Assembly: GCA_016839515.1 (NCBI GenBank)
Contig: JAEOUE010000160.1
Location: 1-35,424, forward strand
Length of the DNA stretch: 35,424 bases
Direction of reading: 5' to 3'
DNA from: Candidatus Hodarchaeum mangrovi
GTDB taxonomy: Archaea; Asgardarchaeota; Heimdallarchaeia; Hodarchaeales; Hodarchaeaceae
Part shown: piece after piece, positions 1 through 9,187 of the stretch
Numbering within the stretch: position 1 is the stretch's first letter
How the letters are laid out: each line of letters starts with the position of its first letter
Translations under genes and position numbers: made by a program
Notes under the pieces: generated by a model
What the model saw: the letters and a program-made list of their open reading frames with translations, nothing else
Told to the model about the DNA's origin: nothing
Database searches by the model: none

Positions 1-124
1 ACACTAACTTGTTATATAGATTTGAAGAGAATATAAACAGCATAAAAAAGACATTTTCCCTCCGGAGAGATCACTTTTATTAAGAATAAGGCCTTGGGGG
101 ATTCTTTAAGCTAAAGAGTGAATC

Positions 125-168
125 GATTCATTAGCTGGATGGGATAATCCCATTCCTCCTACTGAATC
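125..168. repeat. Imperfect inverted repeat (long hairpin) just downstream of the minus-strand deacetylase stop
   Basis: gattca(125-130)/tgaatc(163-168), tag/cta, gg/cc and atggga(139-144)/tcccat(148-153) around a taa loop. Confidence 0.6.
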
Positions 169-172
169 AACC

Positions 173-895
173 TTAATTCGTTAACAAATGCTCGAAAAAG
201 TTCATTTGTATTATTTTATTTCCAAAGAAAACTTCACCGTACTTACAACCCGCAAGATTTCCATAATATCGTCCCATACCCTCGATCCAATCTATAATTG
301 GTGGGTTATAACTAGGATGGGCTTTAAACTGAGATTTATATTCAAGGAGAGCTTTTTTCTTTATTGCAAAGAAATCAGAAATATTTACAATGAACTGGAA
401 AGGTAGATTAGTTGGAACTTGCTCTCGTGCTGTATAATAGTAAAAAGACTGTTCAATAAGCCATGGCTTTAATCCACCAAACTTTTTTTCCCATTTAGAA
501 AGACGACTATAAAAGATAGCACTATCAAAAATTAATTGGCTTTGATAATGATCAGGTGATGTTCCAGGGGTCATTCCGATCATTCCCACAACAATTCGTG
601 GTCTTGTCTCCCTAAAAAGTCTAGCTAGCTTCATCCGAGCCTCTATACTATCTAGGAGTTCACGGTTAGGAAGGTCCAATAGAAATCGATCCACCCCTAA
701 AATACGGGCAGATTCATTTGCTTCTTGTATTCGAACTTCTGGATTTTCATTGAACGGAGTTGGTTCACCATCTGTTAAATCTATGATACCTACTCGATAT
801 CCTTTTTTAGTAAGTAAAGCTAAAGTGCCTCCACATCCAATCTCTGCATCATCGGGATGTGGGGATATTGCAATTAAATCATATAAATAAGACAT
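173..895 (-). CDS. PIG-L/LmbE family N-acetyl-sugar deacetylase (BshB1-like)
   Basis: ISPHPDDAEIGCGG metal motif, DLTDGE, RxxEA, (S)PDH, KKxALxxYxSQF. The ORF track starts at TTG 925; ATG 895 (MSYLYD) is the more likely start. Confidence 0.85.
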   Translation of the reverse strand: MSYLYDLIAISPHPDDAEIGCGGTLALLTKKGYRVGIIDLTDGEPTPFNENPEVRIQEANESARILGVDRFLLDLPNRELLDSIEARMKLARLFRETRPRIVVGMIGMTPGTSPDHYQSQLIFDSAIFYSRLSKWEKKFGGLKPWLIEQSFYYYTAREQVPTNLPFQFIVNISDFFAIKKKALLEYKSQFKAHPSYNPPIIDWIEGMGRYYGNLAGCKYGEVFFGNKIIQMNFFEHLLTN

Positions 896-1512
896 AAGTA
901 AATTCCTTTCTTGCCAATAAATCAAGAAATTCCAAGGTACTAGTTAATTATTTCCTAATTTAGAGTTTTCATGATTACTCTTGATGAACAGAAAATCTTT
1001 AAGACTAATTAATATTAATTAATATAAGATTAATCATAGAAACAGCTTAAAATCCATGATTCCTCCTGAAAAGATCAATATTGTTTAAATACATCCAATA
1101 TTAAGAAATTCTTTGAAATACCGATCAAGTTGAATAATTGGCTGATTATGTGAAGTATTAGAATATGGGGTCACTTTTTTTCTATATTATTATTTAATAT
1201 TAGTTAAATTATTAGTTTCAAAGGAAATTAAATAAAACTAATACAAAGTTAGATAAAATTATTAGATAATTCCCTTTTTTCAAACAATAAGAGTTGTAAG
1301 ACCTGATGTTATTATATTAAAGTTGTTTTTGTGATTATAGAAAATAAGTCTTTATTAGAATAGCCTTTTTAAATTATAGGGTTTTACATTTTATGATGGT
1401 GTGATTATGTTCTCGTGTTCGATAGACCCTCTGTTTCCACAGCATGGTTCTCCTAGGATCACTCCTCTTTACCTATCTCTATCCTATCTAGTTTAAGGGT
1501 TGTTTTTCATCA

Positions 1513-2217
1513 TTGAGTCAAGAAGAATTAGTTTTTGAAGAATCGCAGCAGGGTATTAAAATTGTTTTCTGGGGGCCTACTTTAGCGGGAAAAACCACTG
1601 CGTTAAGTTTATTTCATGCCATAAAAAAGAAAGAAGATCCTGAATCTGTCTATAATTTCTTGAAACTCGAAGATAAAGCAACTGAGCGTACTATTGGTTT
1701 TGACCAAGCTACCTTCGGTCTTGGAACTGGAAGTAAAGGGTTTAAATATCATTTATTCACTACACCTGGCCAAGATCGGTTCAAATCCATGCGGAAGATC
1801 GTTATCAACGGTCTTCATGGTATGATTGTTGTTATTGATTCTGAAAAAGCACGATGGGAGGAGAATAAAGTAAGCCTAAAGGAGTTATTTGATATTCTTG
1901 GTGACAAACTATACAGTCGTGAGGTCAAAATGGCGATCATGTTGAACAAGATGGATCTTCCTGTTGATACAAGGATCTCTGCTGCCGATGTAGGACGTCT
2001 AATGATTGAAGCTGGGGTTTCTGATAAATTAAGAGATACTTTTGCTAGTACTTTTGAAGTTAGTTGCTTGGAGGCCTTAAATGCTTTAAAAGAAGCTTGG
2101 AGTCGTGGTGAATGGAATCCTAAAAACCGTCCCCAACCAGTTCAACGTATTATACAACCTATTCAAATGGTTATTCGGGATATATTAGTATCTGAGCTTC
2201 AAAAACCCTCTCAATAG
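1513..2217 (+). CDS. Small Ras-superfamily GTPase of the MglA/Arf-like type
   Basis: KIVFWG, G1 GPTLAGKTT, switch I ERTIGFD (cf. MglA DRTLFFD), G3 TTPGQ (MglA-type TxPGQ instead of DxxGQ), G4 NKMD, G5 VSC; TTG start. Confidence 0.85.
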   Translation: MSQEELVFEESQQGIKIVFWGPTLAGKTTALSLFHAIKKKEDPESVYNFLKLEDKATERTIGFDQATFGLGTGSKGFKYHLFTTPGQDRFKSMRKIVINGLHGMIVVIDSEKARWEENKVSLKELFDILGDKLYSREVKMAIMLNKMDLPVDTRISAADVGRLMIEAGVSDKLRDTFASTFEVSCLEALNALKEAWSRGEWNPKNRPQPVQRIIQPIQMVIRDILVSELQKPSQ

Positions 2218-2353
2218 TTTAATATTGTCTAATTTTAGTATTTTTAATATTCTATTAGAATTTTAGGTAGTTTTCTTTATTAAATATGGACTTTCAAAAC
2301 AAAACTTTTTTTCAAATCTGGTTCGCTAAATTTATAATTTCCGTCTTAGCAAA

Positions 2354-2455
2354 AATCTAAATAATCATCTCATCGTAATTGAATACAATTTTCAATCCTT
2401 TAAAATGTTCATTAGGGATTGACTAGTATCTGAGCTATAGAAACCGTCTCTTTAG
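2354..2455 (+). pseudogene. Decayed copy of the 3' end of the upstream GTPase gene
   Basis: 2405-2455 matches 2167-2217 at 39/51 nt by hand count, ungapped: MFIRD*LVSEL*KPSL* vs MVIRDILVSELQKPSQ*. Weaker codon-colinear similarity extends back to 2354. Confidence 0.75.
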
Positions 2456-2519
2456 ATAGTTACTGCTCTAAAAGAATTTCAATAAAATTATTTTAATATC
2501 ATGAAGATTTTTATCAGGG

Positions 2520-4415
2520 ATGGCGTTTATGGAAAAAACTCGTTTACAAGAAATTCAAACAGGAAAAGAAAAACTTCCCGAAAATGAATTATTGCGCATG
2601 GATCTTAAACCTAAGGAAATTCCCCCGCTTCCTTCTGGAGAGAAGGCTTTAGTTCCCCATACAAAGGCTGGATGGCAAACAGAAGGCATTATTCGGGCTA
2701 TTATATCAAATCTCCATAATGGTAAAGATTGGGAACATCTTTTTATCTATGGTGGGAGTGGAAAAGCTTTACGGAACTGGAAGGCCTTTTATGATACACT
2801 TGAGTTAATTAAATCACTTAATCCTAATGAAACTTTGTTTATGCAATCTGGAGTTCCTTATGGAAAGATGCTTACCCATCCACTGGCTCCCCGCTGTGTC
2901 ATTACCAATTCAATTATCGTTCCTAATTGGATTCAATCATTTCAGGAAATGGTTGACGTAGGTTTAACTGTTTACGGTCAAATGACAGCTGGTAGTTGGA
3001 TATTCATTGGTTTACAGGGAATTATACAGGGTACATATGAAACAATGATGGCAGCGATAAAAGCTGCTGAATCACATACTCATTATCAGAAATTTTCTTC
3101 TTTTGAGCAGTTATTAATAGTTACTGCAGGATTGGGATTGATGAGTGGAGCACAACCCTTAGCGATTAAAATGGCTGGAAAAATTGCCCTTGTTGCTGAA
3201 ATTAATCCTGAAAATTTAGATAGGATGTATAATGAGGGAAGAGATAAAGGAACTCCTTATTTAGATGTGAAAACAGACTCAATAGCTAAAGGAGTAGCAT
3301 TAGCAAAGCATTTTGCAGAAAAAGGTGAATCACAATCTATTGGTATTTTATGCAATGCTGTTGATTTATTAGGGTATCTTGTAGATCATCAAATTACCCC
3401 TCATGTTTTAACTGATCAAACATCAGCACATGACATGCTAAATGGCTATGTACCATGTGGGATGAATTATGCTGAAGCACTGTCTTTAAGAAAAACTGAC
3501 CCAAAGAAATATAAAGAAAAATCTTATGAAACAGTTGCCAAACATGTGAACTTGATGTTAATTCTACAGGAAAGAGGAGCAGGAACATTTGATTATGGAA
3601 ATAACATTAGAGCTCAAGCATATCAGATGGGTGTGAAGAATGCCTTTAATTTCAAAGGTTTTGTTCCATTATACATTCGTCCTTTGTTTTGTGAAGGAAA
3701 AGGACCCTTTCGATGGGCCGCTCTCTCTAATGATCCTGATGATATCCGATTAACTGATAATTATGCTAAAATGCTTTTTCATGATGACCCTATGCTTATA
3801 AATTGGATTGATTTAGCCTCAAAATACATTCCGTTCGAATCAGGACTTCCTGCAAGGGTTTTTTGGGCTGGTTATAAGGGAAGAGCTGCTTTTGGCATGT
3901 TATTGAATAAATTATATGCTGATGGTAAATTGAAAGCTCCAGTTATCATAGGTCGTGATCATTTAGATGGAGGATCTGTTGCTAGTCCATATCGGGAAAC
4001 TGAAGGGATGTTAGATGGCTCTGATGCAATTGGTGATTATGCAGTCCTGAATCTTCTAGGGAATACTATGTGTGGGGCAACATGGACAAGTTATCATGGT
4101 GGGGGTGGTGTAGGAGTTGGATACTCTCTCCATGCTGGACAGGTGTGTGTAGCAGATGGAACCCCTATGTCCCAAGAGAAAATCTTTCGTGTTTTGACTT
4201 GGGATCCAATGTCAGCTGTCTTACGTCATGCATCAGCTGGATATAAAAGAGCTGAAGAGATCGCTATGCAAAATGAAATCATTCTTCCTGGTAAAACTAA
4301 GCAGCTGGAAATGAACTATCACGCATTATATCAAGAAATCATTGATTTAGTCAAAGAAAGAACAGGAATAGTCTTATATCCTCCCTTGGAATCAATTAAC
4401 TTGAAAATACTTTAA
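2520..4415 (+). CDS. hutU: Urocanate hydratase (urocanase)
   Basis: IYGGSGKA, YGQMTAGSW, QGIIQGTYET, TDQTSAHD, FDYGNNIR, FCEGKGPFRW, IGRDHLD, SPYRETE, HGGGGVGVG. Confidence 0.97.
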   Translation: MAFMEKTRLQEIQTGKEKLPENELLRMDLKPKEIPPLPSGEKALVPHTKAGWQTEGIIRAIISNLHNGKDWEHLFIYGGSGKALRNWKAFYDTLELIKSLNPNETLFMQSGVPYGKMLTHPLAPRCVITNSIIVPNWIQSFQEMVDVGLTVYGQMTAGSWIFIGLQGIIQGTYETMMAAIKAAESHTHYQKFSSFEQLLIVTAGLGLMSGAQPLAIKMAGKIALVAEINPENLDRMYNEGRDKGTPYLDVKTDSIAKGVALAKHFAEKGESQSIGILCNAVDLLGYLVDHQITPHVLTDQTSAHDMLNGYVPCGMNYAEALSLRKTDPKKYKEKSYETVAKHVNLMLILQERGAGTFDYGNNIRAQAYQMGVKNAFNFKGFVPLYIRPLFCEGKGPFRWAALSNDPDDIRLTDNYAKMLFHDDPMLINWIDLASKYIPFESGLPARVFWAGYKGRAAFGMLLNKLYADGKLKAPVIIGRDHLDGGSVASPYRETEGMLDGSDAIGDYAVLNLLGNTMCGATWTSYHGGGGVGVGYSLHAGQVCVADGTPMSQEKIFRVLTWDPMSAVLRHASAGYKRAEEIAMQNEIILPGKTKQLEMNYHALYQEIIDLVKERTGIVLYPPLESINLKIL

Positions 4416-4466
4416 AAATTATCTTGGATTGTCAAAATAATAATTTAATGTGGTGAACAAATATTT

Positions 4467-4931
4467 ATGCAACCTACAAGGGCTTTGATGGGTAATAGAA
4501 ATACAAGTTGGGTTTCAAATAATAAAGGAGTGGTTATTTCCTCCTTTTTTGGACTTTTATTCGTGATTATCAGAATATGGATTTTAATATTTGAGGCTTC
4601 GATAAGTTCTGCCATTGTGGTGTTAATGGAAACAGTTCAACTAGTCATTCTCTTTCTAGGTTTAATGATTTTTGTATACAACTTTGGTTATGTTGTGATA
4701 ATGCTCACAGTTGATGAAGGGTTAAATGAGGAGGAAAAAAATTTGTTAAAATGGATGATCAAACGTGCAATAATGATTTCTGTATTTTGGTTTGTCAGTG
4801 TTTTGAGTTTCTTAATTATTTTTCAAAGAGATCCTTTTTTACTTGCATCAGCCAATTGTTTCTTATTAGCCTCATTATTTTTCTTTATTAGAAAAGGTGA
4901 AAATCCTCTTGTTGAGGGTACCTTTGTATAA
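4467..4931 (+). CDS. Hypothetical membrane protein (about 4 TM helices)
   Basis: 154-aa ORF with four hydrophobic segments, ggtga SD-like motif upstream, ends 26 nt before the AAA-vWA gene. Confidence 0.65.
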   Translation: MQPTRALMGNRNTSWVSNNKGVVISSFFGLLFVIIRIWILIFEASISSAIVVLMETVQLVILFLGLMIFVYNFGYVVIMLTVDEGLNEEEKNLLKWMIKRAIMISVFWFVSVLSFLIIFQRDPFLLASANCFLLASLFFFIRKGENPLVEGTFV

Positions 4932-4957
4932 ATATAAAAAAAACTTGGATATTTGAA

Positions 4958-7795
4958 ATGAACTTATCTGACGGTCTTTCTGGAGTAGAAAAGTACGTTA
5001 CTACTTCCGAAACTTTCTCCCGACTCAAAGGTAATGAGCCGTTAAAAATTCTTCTTTTATTACTTGCAATTGACCCTTCAATAGGGGGAATGGTAATTAT
5101 GGGTCGTACTGGTACTGGAAAATCTTGTTTCTTAGAAGCCTTTAAAGATCTTCAAATTCCCTTGCATAGAGAGGATAAGAACTTTGCACCAATCATTGAT
5201 ATCCCTTCAAACATTTCTTTCGATGCACTTATTGATACATTAAATCTCCAGTTGAAATTCAGAGAAGGGATTTTCTCCAAAGTGCATAATGGATTTCTTA
5301 TTATAGATGATTTTCATTTACTTTCCGAATCTATTGCCAATACTATAATCAATGTATGGAAAACTAAAGAGAATATAGTACATAGATCTAATCTGTCCAT
5401 AAATCAATCGAGTAATTTTTGTTTACTGATTTCCATAAATAGTAGCTTTCACGAAATTTCAACCGCTGTATTAGATAAATTTGCATTTGTTTACGAAATG
5501 AAAGATTTTAATACACTTCAAGAACGTTTAGATATTGTAAATATGAATATAGAACCCATGAAAGATCCTAACTTGTATAAAGAAAAAAATAATCTATATA
5601 ATTCAATAAATCAAGCACGTAATATGTTATCTGAGGTTAATCTTCCTATATCAAATATTCAATATATTTCTACTATTTGTCAACAAAGTGAAATTCAAGG
5701 ACATAGAGCAGATATAGCTCTAGCTCGTGGTGCTATAGCATTAGCATGTTTACTAAATCGCAATGAAGTTGCACGAGAAGATATAGATTTTCTTGTTCCT
5801 TATGTACTTTCTCATAGATTACCAGAAAGAAAAGAGTCTTTTGAAAATGATATTATTAATATAAATAAAGGAGTATCTCATGATCTTAGAGAAAAAAAAG
5901 ATCCTAACTTTTCTTCATCACCAATGAGAGCAGAGTCTCCTAAGCGTATCCGAATTATTTTAGAATGGTTTGCTTCAATTTTTGGAATATGCATGACAGC
6001 TCTATTTTCATCAATTATCATTACTCAAATAATTACTAGACCTGATTTACTTATCTCCTTATTTAGTGCATTATCATTGTGGGGATTAGGTACCTTTCTT
6101 CTTTTAATCTACTTGAAGAAACGTAGAAAGTTAATGAAAGAATATAAAGTTAAAGAAGATGAAAATGTAGAACAAAAACCTGATTTAACCTCATTTTCCC
6201 ACGTGAAACATTTCCAAATTATTAAATCCGTAAAAGAGGAAAAAAAGCCGTCTAAAAAGGAAGTTATTCTTGATTTAGATGAGGATAGATCTAGAAAAGG
6301 CAAATTGTTACGATTTGTTGGTTTAAAGCGTCGACAGGGTTTAATCTCTTTCACGGAGAAACAACGTCTATATGCTAGCCTTTTTGGGGTAATAGTTCTT
6401 ATTATTAGTTTCTTCATTTTTTCATATTTTATTTCTATCCTCCCAGTAGAATTCTGGATTCAATTAATTATCTTCCTTGTTTCTTTATTTACCATTGGAT
6501 ATATTATACAATCTTTGAGAAAAAATTGGCGAGTTCATCGTGCAGCAGATATTGGTGCTTCAGAGGGGGAATCAAGTCGTAAATTAGATGATAAGGGAAT
6601 AGGAACACATATTTCGCCTATTGAAAGACTAGATAATGAATCCTTGAACCCTCAAGAGGACTATGGGACAAATTTACTCAATCGATTAGCTGAACTCGAC
6701 CTTTTACCTAAAAAAAATTTTCAAGGAGTTGAGTTAATAGTACCGCCTAATAATACCTCACTGAGATCAGTTAGAATTATTGCTGATGCTCTCCCAACTC
6801 TTAAAACTCGAATTGATTCTCGTAAAAGATCAAAAATGGGAAAGAGAGCAATAAGTGTAACCTCCTTACAATCAGGTCGAGTAATAGGATCTCACCCATT
6901 TATTCATTATCCTAAAAATATTCATCTATTAGCTACTCTAAGGAATACAATTATGCGTCAATATCGTGAGAGGGCATCATGCTCTACTAACCGTTTTATT
7001 ATTAAATTAGAAGACATTCAGGAAAAAACTTTTTGCACACGAGTTTCTGCTACCATTATTTTTGTTCTTGACCTCTCAGAATCAATAGTTAGTACAATAA
7101 ACGCTGTTTCAAGCTCTGTAAATTGGTTAAGTCGTCAAGCATATTTATATCGTGATCGTGTGGGTATAGTTGTCTTACAAGGAACCCAAGGAGTTATTAT
7201 ACAACCTCCGACTTCTAATTTAAACTTGGTGAAAAGAAAATTAAAAAATTTAAAGGCTTCAGGAGCTACTCCGCTCGCAGGTGGTCTTCAAAAAGCCGTT
7301 GAACTAATAAAACTAGATTTAATAAGGAATAAAAATGAATCAATACCTATGATTATTCTAATAACTGATGGAGCAACAAACATACCGTTATTAAAAGATC
7401 CATGGACAGGAGTAACTCGTAATACTCCATTAAAAGAATTAAAAGATAGAGCATATTCCATGGCAATTCTTGATTGTCTTGCAATTGCCCATCAAATTAA
7501 AAAAAGTAAAATTTCCCTCATAATATTTAATACTAATAGACGAGGAGAACTCATTTTCCGAAAAATTCCAAGAACTCAACAGGAATCAATAATTGATTTT
7601 CTTAATCAGTTAATAGTTGAAAGCACCCTATTTCGAGGTAGACGACATATGGATCTTTGGTCCTACACTCTGTTGCGTGCGATGCAGGAAATTACAAGAG
7701 GTTTCTTGTATCATCTTACTCGAATAGAGTCTGACTATAATTTAGAAACTTTAAGGATTGCACGAGCAGAGATTTTAGCGAATATAACTAATTAA
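4958..7795 (+). CDS. ChlD/BchD-like degenerate AAA+ plus vWA protein with four internal TM helices
   Basis: LLAIDPSIGG, Walker A GRTGTGKS, degenerate Walker B IIDDFHLL, GHRADI. The vWA domain has MIDAS DLSES, GATPLAGGL and ITDGATN. Two hydrophobic hairpins lie at about 5954-6116 and 6368-6518. Confidence 0.85.
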   Translation: MNLSDGLSGVEKYVTTSETFSRLKGNEPLKILLLLLAIDPSIGGMVIMGRTGTGKSCFLEAFKDLQIPLHREDKNFAPIIDIPSNISFDALIDTLNLQLKFREGIFSKVHNGFLIIDDFHLLSESIANTIINVWKTKENIVHRSNLSINQSSNFCLLISINSSFHEISTAVLDKFAFVYEMKDFNTLQERLDIVNMNIEPMKDPNLYKEKNNLYNSINQARNMLSEVNLPISNIQYISTICQQSEIQGHRADIALARGAIALACLLNRNEVAREDIDFLVPYVLSHRLPERKESFENDIININKGVSHDLREKKDPNFSSSPMRAESPKRIRIILEWFASIFGICMTALFSSIIITQIITRPDLLISLFSALSLWGLGTFLLLIYLKKRRKLMKEYKVKEDENVEQKPDLTSFSHVKHFQIIKSVKEEKKPSKKEVILDLDEDRSRKGKLLRFVGLKRRQGLISFTEKQRLYASLFGVIVLIISFFIFSYFISILPVEFWIQLIIFLVSLFTIGYIIQSLRKNWRVHRAADIGASEGESSRKLDDKGIGTHISPIERLDNESLNPQEDYGTNLLNRLAELDLLPKKNFQGVELIVPPNNTSLRSVRIIADALPTLKTRIDSRKRSKMGKRAISVTSLQSGRVIGSHPFIHYPKNIHLLATLRNTIMRQYRERASCSTNRFIIKLEDIQEKTFCTRVSATIIFVLDLSESIVSTINAVSSSVNWLSRQAYLYRDRVGIVVLQGTQGVIIQPPTSNLNLVKRKLKNLKASGATPLAGGLQKAVELIKLDLIRNKNESIPMIILITDGATNIPLLKDPWTGVTRNTPLKELKDRAYSMAILDCLAIAHQIKKSKISLIIFNTNRRGELIFRKIPRTQQESIIDFLNQLIVESTLFRGRRHMDLWSYTLLRAMQEITRGFLYHLTRIESDYNLETLRIARAEILANITN

Positions 7796-8677
7796 TTGTC
7801 GGTCGTGAGAAAATTGGAGATTGAACTACCTAAGAAAGTATTTCGACAAGGCGAAATGATAGATGTGTCAATTAATTTCTCCGCCATAAAAGCTCCACTT
7901 CAAGAGGGAACAATTGCTCTCATCGGAAAGGAAAAAACTGAATTTACCATTCAATCAATATTTGGTAAAACAGGTTTTCACCCTGCATGGAGTTTTATTT
8001 TACCAAGTCGTCATCAAAAAGAAGAAATAGAGTTTCTTAGACAAACCCATGAAATATCAACTCAAGATGCTCATTGGAATGAGAGTTTAGAAGTCCCTAG
8101 AAATGCTATTCCATCATATTATGGGGATAATGGGAAAGTATCGTATTTTCTTGAGATTCTATTAAATTTTGAAGATGGATCAAGTGAAAAAAAGACAGAA
8201 CAGATCATTATAGATCGGGATTACGAAATTGAAGAAAAAATAGAAATTCTTTCGATTCAAAGTGGGACATTAACAATATGCTATTCCACTCCCTTGCAGG
8301 TTGGACGAAAAAACCGATTAAATATTTCAACTCAGAATCTGACCTCCATTAATCCATTACGTATAATTCTAAAGAAAATTGAAACCTACACAGCAAATAG
8401 AATTACTATCAACGATGATAACCACAGTTTACCTATTTGTCAATTGACTTTCGATACAGACTTATCCGATACAGAAATTAATTTTGAGATTCCTTCTCGT
8501 TATCAACCGAGTTATGAAGGACTTCTGTCACGATGTGAATATTATGTTGAAATCTATTATTTATTAGGTAAGAAAGGAATAACATCTCGTCGTGAACGAT
8601 TAAAATTACTAACTAAGTTTCAAACCACTATAGAACATCCAGATCCTGGTCTTAAGTCAATTACGGGTGATAAATAA
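7796..8677 (+). CDS. Arrestin/Vps26/SpoOM-fold two-domain beta-sandwich protein
   Basis: N-terminal IELPKKVFRQGEMIDVSI pattern, then the arrestin-type motif twice: VPRNAIPSYYGDNGKVSYFLEI and IPSRYQPSYEGLLSRCEYYVEI. TTG start abuts the upstream stop. Confidence 0.7.
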   Translation: MSVVRKLEIELPKKVFRQGEMIDVSINFSAIKAPLQEGTIALIGKEKTEFTIQSIFGKTGFHPAWSFILPSRHQKEEIEFLRQTHEISTQDAHWNESLEVPRNAIPSYYGDNGKVSYFLEILLNFEDGSSEKKTEQIIIDRDYEIEEKIEILSIQSGTLTICYSTPLQVGRKNRLNISTQNLTSINPLRIILKKIETYTANRITINDDNHSLPICQLTFDTDLSDTEINFEIPSRYQPSYEGLLSRCEYYVEIYYLLGKKGITSRRERLKLLTKFQTTIEHPDPGLKSITGDK

Positions 8678-8680
8678 CTT

Positions 8681-9127
8681 ATGATAAGATCTATAGAACC
8701 TATCATATCAGATATTATAAAATGGAGTATAATATTAACTACGATTAGTTTTTTAGTTTCAATTGTAAGTATTTTTCTTTTTATTGATATAGAACAGGAA
8801 AACATTCCATACTTAACCTTGTTGTCGACAGCAATGAGTAACCTGAATTTTTTATTAGGCTCCCTTTCTTTAGCAACAGGATTAATAATTACCTTTTTTA
8901 AACCCCCTAATCGTCATTCAGAATCCTCTAGCGAGAAACCTAAGTTCATACCACAATATAAAAACGAAAGAATCAAAAAAAACAATATAAAATCAGTTAA
9001 ACCTTTTCCGAGCTCACCACCTCTATTTTCGGAACGAGAAAAAAAACTAATATTAACAGGCTTATTCACTATTGGAATTGCATTTGGTATTTGGATAATA
9101 TTCCTGTTTCTTTACCCTTTATACTAA
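8681..9127 (+). CDS. Hypothetical membrane protein (3 TM helices, basic/Pro-rich loop)
   Basis: Three hydrophobic segments, ggtga upstream, starts 3 nt after the previous stop. Confidence 0.65.
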   Translation: MIRSIEPIISDIIKWSIILTTISFLVSIVSIFLFIDIEQENIPYLTLLSTAMSNLNFLLGSLSLATGLIITFFKPPNRHSESSSEKPKFIPQYKNERIKKNNIKSVKPFPSSPPLFSEREKKLILTGLFTIGIAFGIWIIFLFLYPLY

Positions 9128-9187
9128 TCAGCAAATTATATCATTGATGATAAAGGATTTTTTCATGTTACTGATTGAATTCTTCCC

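Noticed and set aside
1006-1021. Perfect 16-bp palindrome taattaatattaatta
   Set aside because: It contains only A and T in an extremely AT-rich spacer, so chance occurrence is plausible
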